The translations under genes were made by a program, and so were the position numbers. From a virus: 64,000 nucleotides of DNA. Position 1 is the stretch's first letter; each line of letters opens with the position of its first letter. Below are positions 29,860 to 40,604 of the stretch, one piece after another. A model generated the notes under the pieces. The model saw only the letters and a list, made by a program, of their open reading frames with translations. It was not told where the DNA came from and searched no databases. The stretch is taken from IMG/VR virus record IMGVR_UViG_2923967841_000001. One strand, given 5' to 3'.

Positions 29860-29937
29860 AAAATAGATAAAAAATAATACTATTTAATCATAACTCTTAC
29901 TAAAAAAGAAGAAGAAAATAGAGGGTCAATAAATTTA

Positions 29938-30723
29938 TTAATTTAGAATATTTTGATTTTCTATTGGTATCCAGCTTTTTGGAATCTTTTCTATTTTGAT
30001 ATTTGAATCTCTCCACCATGGGGTCGGATAATATATTATTTTATTTTCATATTGTGATAGGTAAGCTGCAAGTGCTGAAAATGAACTATTTGCAATTATA
30101 TAATACTGATAATTGCACAGCTTTAAAAAATCATCTTTTGATTTTGAATTTTCTTTTGGATAATAAATATTATTTATATTATTAAATATATTGAGGTCAG
30201 GAAGAAAATTATTGTCATCAGTAAATATATCTATAAATATATTTTTCCTTTTCTGTTTTAAGTTTTCTAATGCTTTCTTGTAATAACTATTTAATAATTC
30301 TTGATTTATTTTTAAATAATCACCTTTTCTAATATGAATAGCAACTATATCTTTATTACTTTGATGATTCTCAACACCCAAGATTTGATTAATTTGATTC
30401 TTTGATTTTTCTATATAATTAAAATCTTGATAATAGCCGACAAAACGATTAAAAAATTTGAAATCATTTTCAGTGTATGAATTACTTTCTTGAAAAAAAG
30501 TATCCGTCGCAAAAAAGATTCTATTATTTTTGAATCTAATTGTCTTTAATCCAAATTCATTTAAATCAAATTCTAATTTTCTTGGAAATTTCATATTGGT
30601 TTCATAAAAATTTATATCGCAATAAGTCTTCATATTTTTTGATTTTAGAAATAGTGCATATGCTATTTGGAATAACTGATTTCCCAAACCACCTTTAATA
30701 TCGACAATTGCAATTTTTTTCAT
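29938..30723 (-). CDS. Alpha-1,2-fucosyltransferase, GT11
   Basis: GGLGNQLFQ, VAIHIRKGDY, IFTDD, IIANSSFS. Confidence 0.85.
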   Translation of the reverse strand: MKKIAIVDIKGGLGNQLFQIAYALFLKSKNMKTYCDINFYETNMKFPRKLEFDLNEFGLKTIRFKNNRIFFATDTFFQESNSYTENDFKFFNRFVGYYQDFNYIEKSKNQINQILGVENHQSNKDIVAIHIRKGDYLKINQELLNSYYKKALENLKQKRKNIFIDIFTDDNNFLPDLNIFNNINNIYYPKENSKSKDDFLKLCNYQYYIIANSSFSALAAYLSQYENKIIYYPTPWWRDSNIKIEKIPKSWIPIENQNILN

Positions 30724-30726
30724 AGA

Positions 30727-31674
30727 TTATGTTTTAAACCTTACGTGCTTAAATTTATCAACCTTTTTGATTAGTAATTTTTTAATAAATTTATAAACTT
30801 TTTTTGGTAAAAGTACTCTTAAAGTTTTTCGAAATATTTTATAAACTTTCCATCCAAATTGGTGAACATAAAGTTTCTTAGAAATACTATATAAAAATAT
30901 CATTGCAATTCTGTTTATATCTTTTATTTTTATATTATTAGAAAGCTTATGAACAATCTTTATATTTATTGATTCTAAGTATCTAGGATATCCAAAATGA
31001 TTATCAGCACGGCACCTATATTGATAATAATTGTCTGGAATTTGATGCTTGAATGGGCTACCTTCAACATCGAATCTTTCCGAAGGCTGATATTCAATTT
31101 GAAGATTTTTTAATAGTATTGCAAGCGCAACATCATCCCAATAAGAATGGTCCCATTGAGATTTATTTTCTAAAATTTTTTCAACAGTTGCTTTATTTAA
31201 AATTAAAGTAGAACCACTTATAAAAGTAATGTCTTTATCCAAGTGAATATCAGAAGACTGCATTTTTCCAGAATTTGTTTTATGAACCTTGCCTGCATAA
31301 ACGTACTTTGTATTTAATAAATTGTTTTCTATAAAACTTTCCAAATTACTATATTTTATATATGAACTGGGAGTTGGTCTAACAATAAAATCATATTCAT
31401 AATTTTGATTTAACCATTCAAAAGCAAGCAAAGTCTTCATTCCCATATTTAGAGAACTATCGCTGGTATTAATTAACAAATCATTTTTATTTACTTTAAA
31501 TTTTTCCCCTTTTAATTCTTTTTTATCCCCAGCTTTGTACCAGTACGTTAATTGAGGATTAAAAGATTGTTGAAAAAATATTTTTTTTTGAGCCTTGCTA
31601 TTTCTTGTTGCAGGGTAAGTATTTGATGAAATAATTAAAGTTGCAATCTTGATATCATTATTCATACTTTGCAT
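30727..31674 (-). CDS. Hypothetical GT-A protein (GT31/galactosyltransferase-like)
   Basis: KTLLAFEW, YDFIVRPTPSSYI, FISGSTLIL, WDDVAL. Confidence 0.45.
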   Translation of the reverse strand: MQSMNNDIKIATLIISSNTYPATRNSKAQKKIFFQQSFNPQLTYWYKAGDKKELKGEKFKVNKNDLLINTSDSSLNMGMKTLLAFEWLNQNYEYDFIVRPTPSSYIKYSNLESFIENNLLNTKYVYAGKVHKTNSGKMQSSDIHLDKDITFISGSTLILNKATVEKILENKSQWDHSYWDDVALAILLKNLQIEYQPSERFDVEGSPFKHQIPDNYYQYRCRADNHFGYPRYLESINIKIVHKLSNNIKIKDINRIAMIFLYSISKKLYVHQFGWKVYKIFRKTLRVLLPKKVYKFIKKLLIKKVDKFKHVRFKT

Positions 31675-31735
31675 TATATAAGTGTAATTTTTAAATAAAT
31701 ATCACGTGTTCATATGAAAATGATCAAATAAATCT

Positions 31736-32746
31736 CTAAAATTCTTCAAATTCTTTGATTAAACTTGTGGAAAACTTTTCATATGTAAGTTGATCTAAGA
31801 TTAGTTCTTTAGGATTAAAATTTTCTATATTTTCTAAAAATGGTTTTAATTGTTTTTTTAAATCAGAATACGTATCTACAACTTCCCCACACTCGCCACT
31901 CCAGTATGGCACTGAAGTTCCTTCTATGTCTTTGCCTTCAAACTGACTTTTTTTACTATCCCAAACCAGTAAAGGCAAATTGAAAGCCATCAATTCTTGA
32001 ATTGCAAACCCTTGAGACTCCGTGGAGGAAATGATTATTCCAAATCTTGATTTTTTAGCTTGTGTTCTTAAAACGTTATTATCATAATCACCATATTCGA
32101 ATAATTTCGATTTAATCTTTTCTGAATTCAAAAGTGATTTAACTTTTTCCAAATCTTTTTTATCTCTATTTTTAAAATAAATCAAACATTCACTTTTAGT
32201 TCTTAAATAACTCTCACTATAAAGAATTTGTTTTTCACTTATTACACCAATAGGGAGAACACAAATTTGTTTTGAATCTAAATCTATATCAAGACTTTTT
32301 AATATACTTTCTGCAGCACTTTTAGAGGCGGCTAATATTTTTATATTTTTATATTGCTTTGCGTATTGATTTAATCTCTTTAATTGATTAATTGTATACA
32401 AAGGTCCAACTATAACTTTTGATTTCTCAATACCATTTTTAATAACTTCTTTTAAAACATTTTCACCAAAATCATCAAATTGAACAATAAAAGAATTATC
32501 ATATTGAATTTTATTAAAGCTGACTAGTTTGTTTTTTCTAAATGTTTTTACCACATTATTCATTAATTTATGTGGTCCATTAGAGATTAATCGATTTGGT
32601 AGTGATACATTGAAAAAATATGATAAGTCAATTAATTTATTTAAAAAAACAGATTTTTTCAGCCTAAATGTAAATAAAATTTTTTTTCTTTTGGCATAGC
32701 CCGGCTCATAAAATATGTTAATCATTAGAAAAATAATCTTTAACAT
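31736..32746 (-). CDS. Glycosyltransferase family 4-like
   Basis: IYFKNR, STESQGFAIQELMAFNLPLLVWD, TSVPYW. Confidence 0.6.
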   Translation of the reverse strand: MLKIIFLMINIFYEPGYAKRKKILFTFRLKKSVFLNKLIDLSYFFNVSLPNRLISNGPHKLMNNVVKTFRKNKLVSFNKIQYDNSFIVQFDDFGENVLKEVIKNGIEKSKVIVGPLYTINQLKRLNQYAKQYKNIKILAASKSAAESILKSLDIDLDSKQICVLPIGVISEKQILYSESYLRTKSECLIYFKNRDKKDLEKVKSLLNSEKIKSKLFEYGDYDNNVLRTQAKKSRFGIIISSTESQGFAIQELMAFNLPLLVWDSKKSQFEGKDIEGTSVPYWSGECGEVVDTYSDLKKQLKPFLENIENFNPKELILDQLTYEKFSTSLIKEFEEF

Positions 32747-33515
32747 TATATTTTTTATTATTAAAGGAGAGGCTATCTATATCGTATTGTTCATTTGCTG
32801 AAGTAATTAAATTTTTATTTATTACCCGTATGCCATATCTCAATTCTACTACTGTTCTTTCAATTTCTTGTTTTGAATTAGGTCTTGTACTAGCACCTAA
32901 TCCCTCATCTAAAAAATATCCAAGATTTTTATGTATGTAATGAGCCTTTCCAAAGCTAAGAATCCTCATTGCAAAATCATAATCAGCACCAGAATAAAGT
33001 TGCTCATCAAATAAACCTGCTTTGGTGAGTAAGGACCTTCTAAACATAAAAAAGGGGCCTATTATCATTCCAATTCTTAATAAGTCTTCCTTGCCTGACA
33101 TGTCTTGAAGCTTTCCTCTTTTCTTTTTGAATTTATTAACTTTGTAATAATGACCATAAACTATATCAATATCTTTTTTTGCATCTAAAGTATCTGACAT
33201 GTATTTTAAGGAATTTTTTGTTCTTTGATCATCTACATTCCATATACAGATATATTCACTATCTGAATTATTTATACAATTATTCCATGAGGCGCTCATT
33301 GGTTGTAATTTTTCAGAAATGCTTAAATTTATTAAGTCACCTTCTTTATATTTGTTTTTGTGAATATTTATTTTATTAAGCTCTGTACTTGATGGTTCGT
33401 TGATTTCTAAATTAACTTGGAAATTATCAAATTTTTGTTTTTTAACATTTGTTAAAAAACCATCAATATATTTTTGAGAATTATAAACAGATGTTAGTGC
33501 TGTTACTTTTGGCAT
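32718..33515 (-). CDS. Glycosyltransferase family 2
   Basis: TSVYNS, WNNCI, YICIWNVDD, IGPFFMFRR, GADYDFAMR. Confidence 0.8.
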   Translation of the reverse strand: MPKVTALTSVYNSQKYIDGFLTNVKKQKFDNFQVNLEINEPSSTELNKINIHKNKYKEGDLINLSISEKLQPMSASWNNCINNSDSEYICIWNVDDQRTKNSLKYMSDTLDAKKDIDIVYGHYYKVNKFKKKRGKLQDMSGKEDLLRIGMIIGPFFMFRRSLLTKAGLFDEQLYSGADYDFAMRILSFGKAHYIHKNLGYFLDEGLGASTRPNSKQEIERTVVELRYGIRVINKNLITSANEQYDIDSLSFNNKKYNVKDYFSND

Positions 33516-33581
33516 CTAAAATAAATATATATTGATAAAAAATTAAAACTACTAAAAAATATTACATTTGTCTTTTTCATC

Positions 33582-34478
33582 TTATTGTTTAACGAATTTT
33601 CTATAGATTTGACTATACACTGTATTCTTATTTTTAAAATAAAAAGGCTCTTCTTTAAAAAAGATAATTTTTCTAATGTTTAATGGATATAAGATATAAA
33701 ATTTAAATTTTTGCCACTTATTATATATTCCATCTCTGACAGTTAATATTGGCCATTTATATTGATCTTCTGGGTTTTCAAAATAATATGATTCATCATT
33801 TATGCTCAGGCATCCGTATATTTTACCCATTACGCTTAATATGCTTTGGTCATGTCTACAAACATTAAAATACTCATCTTGATCTTCTGAATAAAAATCT
33901 GTAATAAGTTCGTTATCTTTATCTACAATATTTTGGAATTCCTGGAAAAATGTTTTCGATTTTTTTGTGTTTTTTACTAATAGAACACCCCCTAAATGCT
34001 GAACAGTATGAGTTATTTTTTTATCGTTTCTAACTCCAAAATAATCAAATACTTGTCTTGTAGTCCAGTGTTTTTCTAAAATATTAGGCATTTTAAATAG
34101 AAATAAACTTTCATTTGATTTATCTAGCATCTCAAAATACTCGACAAGTCGTTTTTTACCCATGATGTTAAGTGTTGAGCCTGAATCAATGTAAATCAAT
34201 ATATCATTCATTTCCATTTTTTCTAAGGTTTGTAAAATTATCTGAGATTTCCAGATCCAATAACCGCTTCCCTTAGGTTTTTTAAGTAATTCATTAAAGC
34301 GTTTTTTAAACTGTATATCCAATGAGCTTTTTTTATATGAAAAAACTTTGTGAAAAATATTAAATTTTTTTGCTTGATAACTTAATCGTTTTCTTTGAAT
34401 AGAGTACTGATTATCTCCGTAGGTTATAAAAAAATACTTTATTTGTTTTTTCTCAATGTAAAATTTTTTTTGTTGCAT
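33582..34478 (-). CDS. Putative glycosyltransferase (W-K-x-x-I-I / D-x-G / R-H-D-Q-S family)
   Basis: FITYGD, GYWIWKSQII, IYIDSG, CRHDQSILS; shares its motif series with 10556-11743. Confidence 0.5.
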   Translation of the reverse strand: MQQKKFYIEKKQIKYFFITYGDNQYSIQRKRLSYQAKKFNIFHKVFSYKKSSLDIQFKKRFNELLKKPKGSGYWIWKSQIILQTLEKMEMNDILIYIDSGSTLNIMGKKRLVEYFEMLDKSNESLFLFKMPNILEKHWTTRQVFDYFGVRNDKKITHTVQHLGGVLLVKNTKKSKTFFQEFQNIVDKDNELITDFYSEDQDEYFNVCRHDQSILSVMGKIYGCLSINDESYYFENPEDQYKWPILTVRDGIYNKWQKFKFYILYPLNIRKIIFFKEEPFYFKNKNTVYSQIYRKFVKQ

Positions 34479-34492
34479 GTATTATAAAAATA

Positions 34493-35155
34493 TTATTTTG
34501 ATATTTTAATTTTTAACAAAGTTTTTGACTGCCCTTGTAATTCTAAATACTTATAACTTTTAACTTTATTGTTTGACTCTAACAATTCTGAAATTTCACT
34601 TTTACTGTATTGATTGTGATAAATTTCATATTCGGTATCTTCATTATCAAGTGACTTAATGCTTTTTCCTGACTCAAGAGGTTCGATAAAGAATGAGATG
34701 AGTACCAAATACTCAGCAACTCTAATCATTTCTTCTATAGGTTTTTTGTGATCTTCCATATGCTCAATAACATGTCTTGAGTGAACTACATCAAAACTCG
34801 AATCTTCGAATGGTATGTCGTTTGCTGAGCCAACTACACAATTTATTCCCCTAGCTAAATTAAAATCAACAATTTCAGGAGTTATGTCTAGCCCAGTATA
34901 TTGAAGTTTTTTGAATTTTTGGATACCATAAAATTCGGGGGACCCACCACATCCCACATCTAACACACTTTTATATTTCTTAAAGTGCTTTCTTACTTTA
35001 ACTCTGTCTTTTTCGGAAATTGATCCCATCCATGATTCTGAAAATTCGTCAATGCTCGGCATTCTTACTTTATTTCCAAGATGTTCGTACTCAGTTTTTC
35101 CACTGAATAGATTTTCAGACCACCATTTTTCAAAATTTTTTCTTTCCATATTCAT
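34493..35155 (-). CDS. Class I SAM-dependent methyltransferase
   Basis: VLDVGCGG, GLDI, IPFEDSSFDVV, HVIEH. Confidence 0.88.
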   Translation of the reverse strand: MNMERKNFEKWWSENLFSGKTEYEHLGNKVRMPSIDEFSESWMGSISEKDRVKVRKHFKKYKSVLDVGCGGSPEFYGIQKFKKLQYTGLDITPEIVDFNLARGINCVVGSANDIPFEDSSFDVVHSRHVIEHMEDHKKPIEEMIRVAEYLVLISFFIEPLESGKSIKSLDNEDTEYEIYHNQYSKSEISELLESNNKVKSYKYLELQGQSKTLLKIKISK

Positions 35156-35259
35156 ATTTTCATTCTAAATCACTAGTTTATTTGTTTAAACATCTATTTT
35201 TAATTGATTAATATTAATTTATTGAAAGATTTACTAATATTAGAAATTTTGTTTAAGAG

Positions 35260-36351
35260 ATGGTAAACGATAAGTTTTATTTAGAAATGCAAAAACTAAA
35301 ACCTGAAGATTTTATTACAGGTAACAATTTTGCCAGGAATTCAGATGTAGTCTACGCAGAGGCAATTTCAGTTAGTGATACTGAAAAGCTCGAAAAAAAC
35401 AATTTAAATTATTATGAAATAATAGATAAAAATGTATGCATTTATTCAATTAAGGAATTTCAATTAAGTGAAAATGATATTATTTTTTGTAAAACGGATT
35501 TTCTTTTTGATTTATTTTCACAATTAAAAAATATTAGGAAATTAAAAAATATTAAACTGATAACTCACCAAGCAGCTACGCCTGCTATTGATAAAAAGCT
35601 TTTTTACTTAAAACCAAAGTGTATTTCGGAGTGGTATTCCATAAATGTTGATTATAACAAAGCAGGACTTATTCCAATTCCTCTTGGGCTTGCAAATAAT
35701 TTTTCTGATGGAAACCTTCATCCAACTAACTTTCTTAATTGTTATTTTAATTACTTAAATGATGAAAAAATTAATAAAATTTATTGCAACTTTAATTTAA
35801 AAAATAATCCAAAACGAAATGAATATTTTGAATTTGCCAAAACAAATAAAGTCTTTAAAACTATTACAAAAATTAAGGAAAATTCAGATTTTATTAATGA
35901 TTTATTTAAATATGAATTTATTTTGACTCCATCTGGGGTCGGCAAGGATACACACAGATTTTGGGAAACACTGTATGCAGGAAGTACTCCAATTGCAGAA
36001 AATGACCAAATATATAATGATTTTTTTCACGAAAATTACAAATCTTTTAATGCAATTCAAGAACTTGGAACAGAGTTCATAAATGTTCAGCTTTCTAAGG
36101 ATTCTTTACCAAAAAAACTCAACATTAACTTTTGGATCTCAAAAATTAATAATAATAAAAGAACTTCAAATGAAGTTGTTTTTATCAAATTTGATCAGTT
36201 AAAAATGGAAAAAAATAAAAAAGCATATGTAAAAAAATATACTCGTTACAAAATACTTAATTCAAATTTTAGTATAAAAATAAAAATTAAAGATTATGTA
36301 AAAACCTTTAAGAACATAGAAAGTAAACTTGAAAAAATATATTGGAATTAA
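35260..36351 (+). CDS. Exostosin-like (GT47-like) glycosyltransferase
   Basis: FILTPSGVGKDTHRFWETLYAGSTPI; paralog of 9541-10629. Confidence 0.65.
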   Translation: MVNDKFYLEMQKLKPEDFITGNNFARNSDVVYAEAISVSDTEKLEKNNLNYYEIIDKNVCIYSIKEFQLSENDIIFCKTDFLFDLFSQLKNIRKLKNIKLITHQAATPAIDKKLFYLKPKCISEWYSINVDYNKAGLIPIPLGLANNFSDGNLHPTNFLNCYFNYLNDEKINKIYCNFNLKNNPKRNEYFEFAKTNKVFKTITKIKENSDFINDLFKYEFILTPSGVGKDTHRFWETLYAGSTPIAENDQIYNDFFHENYKSFNAIQELGTEFINVQLSKDSLPKKLNINFWISKINNNKRTSNEVVFIKFDQLKMEKNKKAYVKKYTRYKILNSNFSIKIKIKDYVKTFKNIESKLEKIYWN

Positions 36352-36439
36352 TTTTTCAGCTATTAAAATTGTATTATTAATTTGAAATGATATTTATTAA
36401 TTTTATTTATTAATAAAATTATTTTAATCACTATAAAAT

Positions 36440-37129
36440 ATGAAATTCTTTTGGAAAAAATTTAACTTTAACCCTACTCAAGAATGGGGTTGGGAAAGAA
36501 TGAAACTTGAATTTCTAGTTAATAATTACAATATTATTTCTCAGGGAATTGCACATATTGGTGGCTGGAAATGCGAGGAAGTACATAAATATAAAAAACT
36601 ATTTGGAGACATCCCTGTAGTTTTTGTTGAGCCTAACAACAAATTAAAACCATTTATTGACGAAAATCTTAAATATTACAAAAAAGTTAGATGTGAGTAT
36701 GTTGCATTAGGCAACAAAGATTCCCAAGTCTTTCTGAACTTAAATTTTTCAAATCCTGACAATGATGATATAGGTCAGTCTTCATCAGTTTTAGAGCCTT
36801 TATTACACCCTCCAATTGGAACAAGGAAAGTAGAAGTAGAAATGACAACTGCTGACAAATTGTTTAAAGAAGACAATGTAGATTTTTTATCTATAGATGT
36901 TCAGGGTTACGAATTAGAAGTATTAAAAGGTGCAGAAAAATTACTAAATCAAGTTAATTATGTTATTACTGAAGTAAATAAAACTGAACAATATAAGGGG
37001 TGTGTTCTAATTGATGAGCTTGATGATTACTTGAATAGATTTGGGTTTTTAAGAATGGAAACAGAATGGTGGGGTGGTGATGGTGACTGGGGAGATGCTT
37101 TTTATATAAAAGACAACATGCTCAATTAA
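36440..37129 (+). CDS. FkbM family methyltransferase
   Basis: IAHIGG, FVEPN, VALG, DFLSIDVQGYELEVLKGA, WGDAFY. Confidence 0.88.
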   Translation: MKFFWKKFNFNPTQEWGWERMKLEFLVNNYNIISQGIAHIGGWKCEEVHKYKKLFGDIPVVFVEPNNKLKPFIDENLKYYKKVRCEYVALGNKDSQVFLNLNFSNPDNDDIGQSSSVLEPLLHPPIGTRKVEVEMTTADKLFKEDNVDFLSIDVQGYELEVLKGAEKLLNQVNYVITEVNKTEQYKGCVLIDELDDYLNRFGFLRMETEWWGGDGDWGDAFYIKDNMLN

Positions 37130-37184
37130 TACAGTTTCTTTTAAAAAAAATAATTTCCTTCATTAAGAAATTATCATTAAGTTA

Positions 37185-38009
37185 TTGAAAAATTTAAATA
37201 AAATAAAAAAAGTTACGATTGAACCATACGGTGGGTTTGGTAATAACTTACAGCAAATCGCTCTAGCAATAATGTTTTCAAAAAAGTATAAGAAAAACTT
37301 TGTTTTAAAAAAGCATCCAATTGTTAACGATTTTAAATTAAAATTCAGTAAGAATGTCCCTGACTTAACAATTTCTAGTACAAAGTCAAGATTTTTCTAT
37401 TTCGGAAGTGATGAATTAATTAACTATAAAATTGATTCGCCGTTAGACATACATGATAAGAATTACTACTTAGATAACTTTTCTAATATTTTTAAAACCT
37501 ACATAAAACCTCAAATTATTTTTTTAAAAGATCAACAACTATCTGAAAACATGTTGGTAATTCATATTAGAAACTATGAAGGTCATCCTGATTATGCACA
37601 AAACCCCATTAGTTACTACAAACATCTTTACGATAAATTTGATGAGATACTTATCGTAACTGATAATCCTGAGACATTTATTTTTACTGAATTAAAAAAA
37701 TTTATGAAATACGAAATTCAATCATCAACATTAGAAAACGATTTTAATACTTTATTTTCCGCCAAAAATTTGGCTTCATCTGGAGTCGGAACTTTTGTTA
37801 TTGCAGCTGCTCTTATGTCTGAAAATCTAAATAATTTTTTATATTCTAATTTATTTCTCAAAAGGGGGTTAAACCCCTTAATGCTCTCAGAAGATATAAA
37901 TAAAATACAAATATTTTTCAATGAGTTTCTTGAATTTGGAAGTTGGAAAGATGTTGAAAGTGTTAAAAATTTTTTGTCAAAAGAGATTAACTATACTGTT
38001 AAAAACTAA
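37185..38009 (+). CDS. GT11-like fucosyltransferase (divergent)
   Basis: YGGFGNNLQQ, LVIHIR, NPISYY, IVTD, DFNTL...GTF. Confidence 0.55.
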   Translation: MKNLNKIKKVTIEPYGGFGNNLQQIALAIMFSKKYKKNFVLKKHPIVNDFKLKFSKNVPDLTISSTKSRFFYFGSDELINYKIDSPLDIHDKNYYLDNFSNIFKTYIKPQIIFLKDQQLSENMLVIHIRNYEGHPDYAQNPISYYKHLYDKFDEILIVTDNPETFIFTELKKFMKYEIQSSTLENDFNTLFSAKNLASSGVGTFVIAAALMSENLNNFLYSNLFLKRGLNPLMLSEDINKIQIFFNEFLEFGSWKDVESVKNFLSKEINYTVKN

Positions 38010-39403
38010 TTTAGATTTTTATATGAATTAATTATTTTAAATTTAGTAATTAATATTAATAGTAATAAATTTAACATGTATCTAATTGGGGATTCAAGTT
38101 CCAAATTTTTCCAAAGTGTAATGTAAAGCAGAAATACTAATACAAAATTACTAAAAATTATTATTAAATAATTTGCTATATCTTGGTTTTTAATTCCATT
38201 TTGATAAAAGTAAAATGCGCCAAAAGCAATCAGGTACAAAAATACAATTAATATTGGTTTATCTAAATATAAATTAATAAGAATTTCAGTAATATTACTA
38301 ATTTTTAAATCTCTTAAATATAAAATATCAAAAATTGTATCCAGCAAATCAACTTCTTTTAAGTGGTGGTTTTTTGTAAGACTGCTAAAGAATGTTAAGT
38401 AGGAAACTTCTTTGATGAGAACTCCACTAAAACCCGCAAGGGCATATTTTCTACTTTTTCTACTAAAAAATAATATAAAGATGCTCATTAATGCAAGTGT
38501 GCTAATAAATTGTTTTGCCAAATATAAAATACCAAGTAGAAAATAACTAATAAATTGAGTTTTATCATTTCTATCAAAGGATGTTCTCGCGCTAACAATC
38601 AAAACGCAAAATAAATAGCTTAGAGAACCTTCTGTCATTAGTGAATCAACAAACAAAAACTTTAACCAGCTACTGTTGCCAATTAATGATATATAAATGG
38701 TAGAAAGTAAAAATTTTAATTCTCTATCAATATCAAGTTCAAAAATAAAAAATAAAGTCAATAATGCTAAAACATTTATTGAGGAAGAGAAATTTTGAAA
38801 ATCTGATACATATAACGATAATTTATTTAACAAAGCCTGAAAATAAGCGACCAATTGCGAGTATCCTTCAAGACTTGGATTGTGCATTGAAAAATAAAAA
38901 TTTTGGTTATAAATATTTTGTACATGTTGCAAGTGAATGTCTTTTACATCGCCTATGATGTTTTGATTTTTACTTAATTTCTCAAAAAAAAGATTATTAA
39001 AGAAATTTAATGACAGAAAAGACAAAATTAATATAGTAATCTCTTTTTTAGATCTACCAATAATTAAAAAATAGAACAACCAAAAAATATTCACTGTTAA
39101 AAATACCTGGGTAAAAGTTATTTTGGTTGAAAGTAAATAGATTAAATTTTCAAATATATAAAAACTAAATGTATAAGCTATGATTCCAGTAGAAATGTAA
39201 GGTAAGTTAAAACTTGATTTGACAAGATATCCAACAAAATATAAATAGAAAAACAGCAGTAGCGTTGAGCAAATATCATACACGTTAAGCGCATTGAGTG
39301 TATCCAAAGAAAATTTGTCGATTAAGTTAATTAAAAAATTTAAAATAATTGGTAGATATAGAATATAAAAATAGTATTTTTTAATAATTTTAATTAATTT
39401 CAT
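38006..39403 (-). CDS. Polytopic membrane protein (possible GT-C or polymerase)
   Basis: About 12 hydrophobic segments with one early hydrophilic loop (GDVKDIH); no family recognised. Confidence 0.5.
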   Translation of the reverse strand: MKLIKIIKKYYFYILYLPIILNFLINLIDKFSLDTLNALNVYDICSTLLLFFYLYFVGYLVKSSFNLPYISTGIIAYTFSFYIFENLIYLLSTKITFTQVFLTVNIFWLFYFLIIGRSKKEITILILSFLSLNFFNNLFFEKLSKNQNIIGDVKDIHLQHVQNIYNQNFYFSMHNPSLEGYSQLVAYFQALLNKLSLYVSDFQNFSSSINVLALLTLFFIFELDIDRELKFLLSTIYISLIGNSSWLKFLFVDSLMTEGSLSYLFCVLIVSARTSFDRNDKTQFISYFLLGILYLAKQFISTLALMSIFILFFSRKSRKYALAGFSGVLIKEVSYLTFFSSLTKNHHLKEVDLLDTIFDILYLRDLKISNITEILINLYLDKPILIVFLYLIAFGAFYFYQNGIKNQDIANYLIIIFSNFVLVFLLYITLWKNLELESPIRYMLNLLLLILITKFKIINSYKNLN

Positions 39404-39635
39404 TTTTATGTTTTTCTTAATAGTAATTTAAAATTTATTAAATCTTTCAATATTGTAATTAATTAATCAGATAGTAAAAAATTAAGTAATTGAAATTAAT
39501 ATTTTAATCTAAATTTTGTATATCTATCCAGAAATTTTTTTGAGATTTCCTGGAAATAAAAATTTCTATTTTAAAAACTTAACAAATATATTTTCGGTAA
39601 ATAAGGCCTTCAAATCATTAATATAGAAAAAAGTT

Positions 39636-40604
39636 ATGAAAAAAATTATTCAAGAAAATAAATATATTAATAAAATGTTTATTTTTATTGTAAAAACTTT
39701 AATTATTGTATTAGAACCTATTAAATTATTTCTTAAAATACTCAGAAAATTGAGATTTATTAGATTAATTAATTTTTATCTTCTTGAACCACGAAAGCTA
39801 CACCTTCATAAAGTAAACAATATACTGTTTTTAATAAATTCCAGTGATTATGTAAATTCAAAAAAAATATATGTTAATAATAAATTTCCGCAATTTAAAG
39901 AATTTAATATGGCAATGAAACTGTTGGAAAATGAAAATATTAAAGTCAATTCACTTATTGACATAGGATCACATTATGGAAATATTGTTATTCCAGCTGT
40001 TAAAAAATATAAATTAGAGAAAGCATATGCATTTGAACCAGTAGATAGCAATTTTGATATTCTTAATTTCAATATTAAATTAAATGATCTTGAAGAAATA
40101 ATAACTTCAAAGCAAAGCTTTCTTTCTGATGAAGTTTCTGAAAAAGATATTCAAATATTTTCCAACAATTCTGCTGCTTCGTCAAATCTTAGTAGCCTCG
40201 ACAAAGAGCATACCAAACTTTATTCATCTGCAAATAACCTTAAAATTGATTCTATTCAATCAATTAAATCTAAAGTTCTTAAGAATGAATTTGACAGTAA
40301 ATTATTAAAAAACCCTCTTTATTGGATTTATGCCCAGGGATATGAATATAAAATAATTAGTGGTAGTAAGGATCTTTTTAGTAGCTCTCCTCCAATAGTA
40401 ATTGCATACTCTCCATTATTAAACAAAAATATAAACGTGAACTATACCAACTTTGTAGACCTAATGACTGAATTAGGTTACAAGAGCTTAATAGATCTAC
40501 AATCTAAAAGTTGTGAAAAAATAAAAGTAGATGAAAGTTATTTATACTATTTAGACAAAAAGCTTTTAAGTTCATCAAGAATCAGGCTGTTACTTTTCTT
40601 TTAA
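39636..40604 (+). CDS. FkbM family methyltransferase
   Basis: LIDIGSHYGN, AFEPV...NFDILNFNIKLN, IYAQGYE. Confidence 0.75.
   Translation: MKKIIQENKYINKMFIFIVKTLIIVLEPIKLFLKILRKLRFIRLINFYLLEPRKLHLHKVNNILFLINSSDYVNSKKIYVNNKFPQFKEFNMAMKLLENENIKVNSLIDIGSHYGNIVIPAVKKYKLEKAYAFEPVDSNFDILNFNIKLNDLEEIITSKQSFLSDEVSEKDIQIFSNNSAASSNLSSLDKEHTKLYSSANNLKIDSIQSIKSKVLKNEFDSKLLKNPLYWIYAQGYEYKIISGSKDLFSSSPPIVIAYSPLLNKNINVNYTNFVDLMTELGYKSLIDLQSKSCEKIKVDESYLYYLDKKLLSSSRIRLLLFF

Noticed and set aside
29847-29876. About 2.7 tandem copies of AAAAAATAGAT across the GT8-like stop codon
   Set aside because: Local slippage in low-complexity DNA; copy number would not change the protein.
6390-31589. A9/T9 homopolymers in coding regions (e.g. 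6390-6398, 25596-25604, 31581-31589) as phase-variation tracts
   Set aside because: Expected by chance at this A+T content; the ORFs are intact and there are no poly-G/C tracts.
39528-39553. Imperfect inverted repeat CCAGAAAT...ATTTCCTGG in the 39.4-39.6 kb gap
   Set aside because: Weak and bulged, and it lies between divergent genes where a terminator is not expected.
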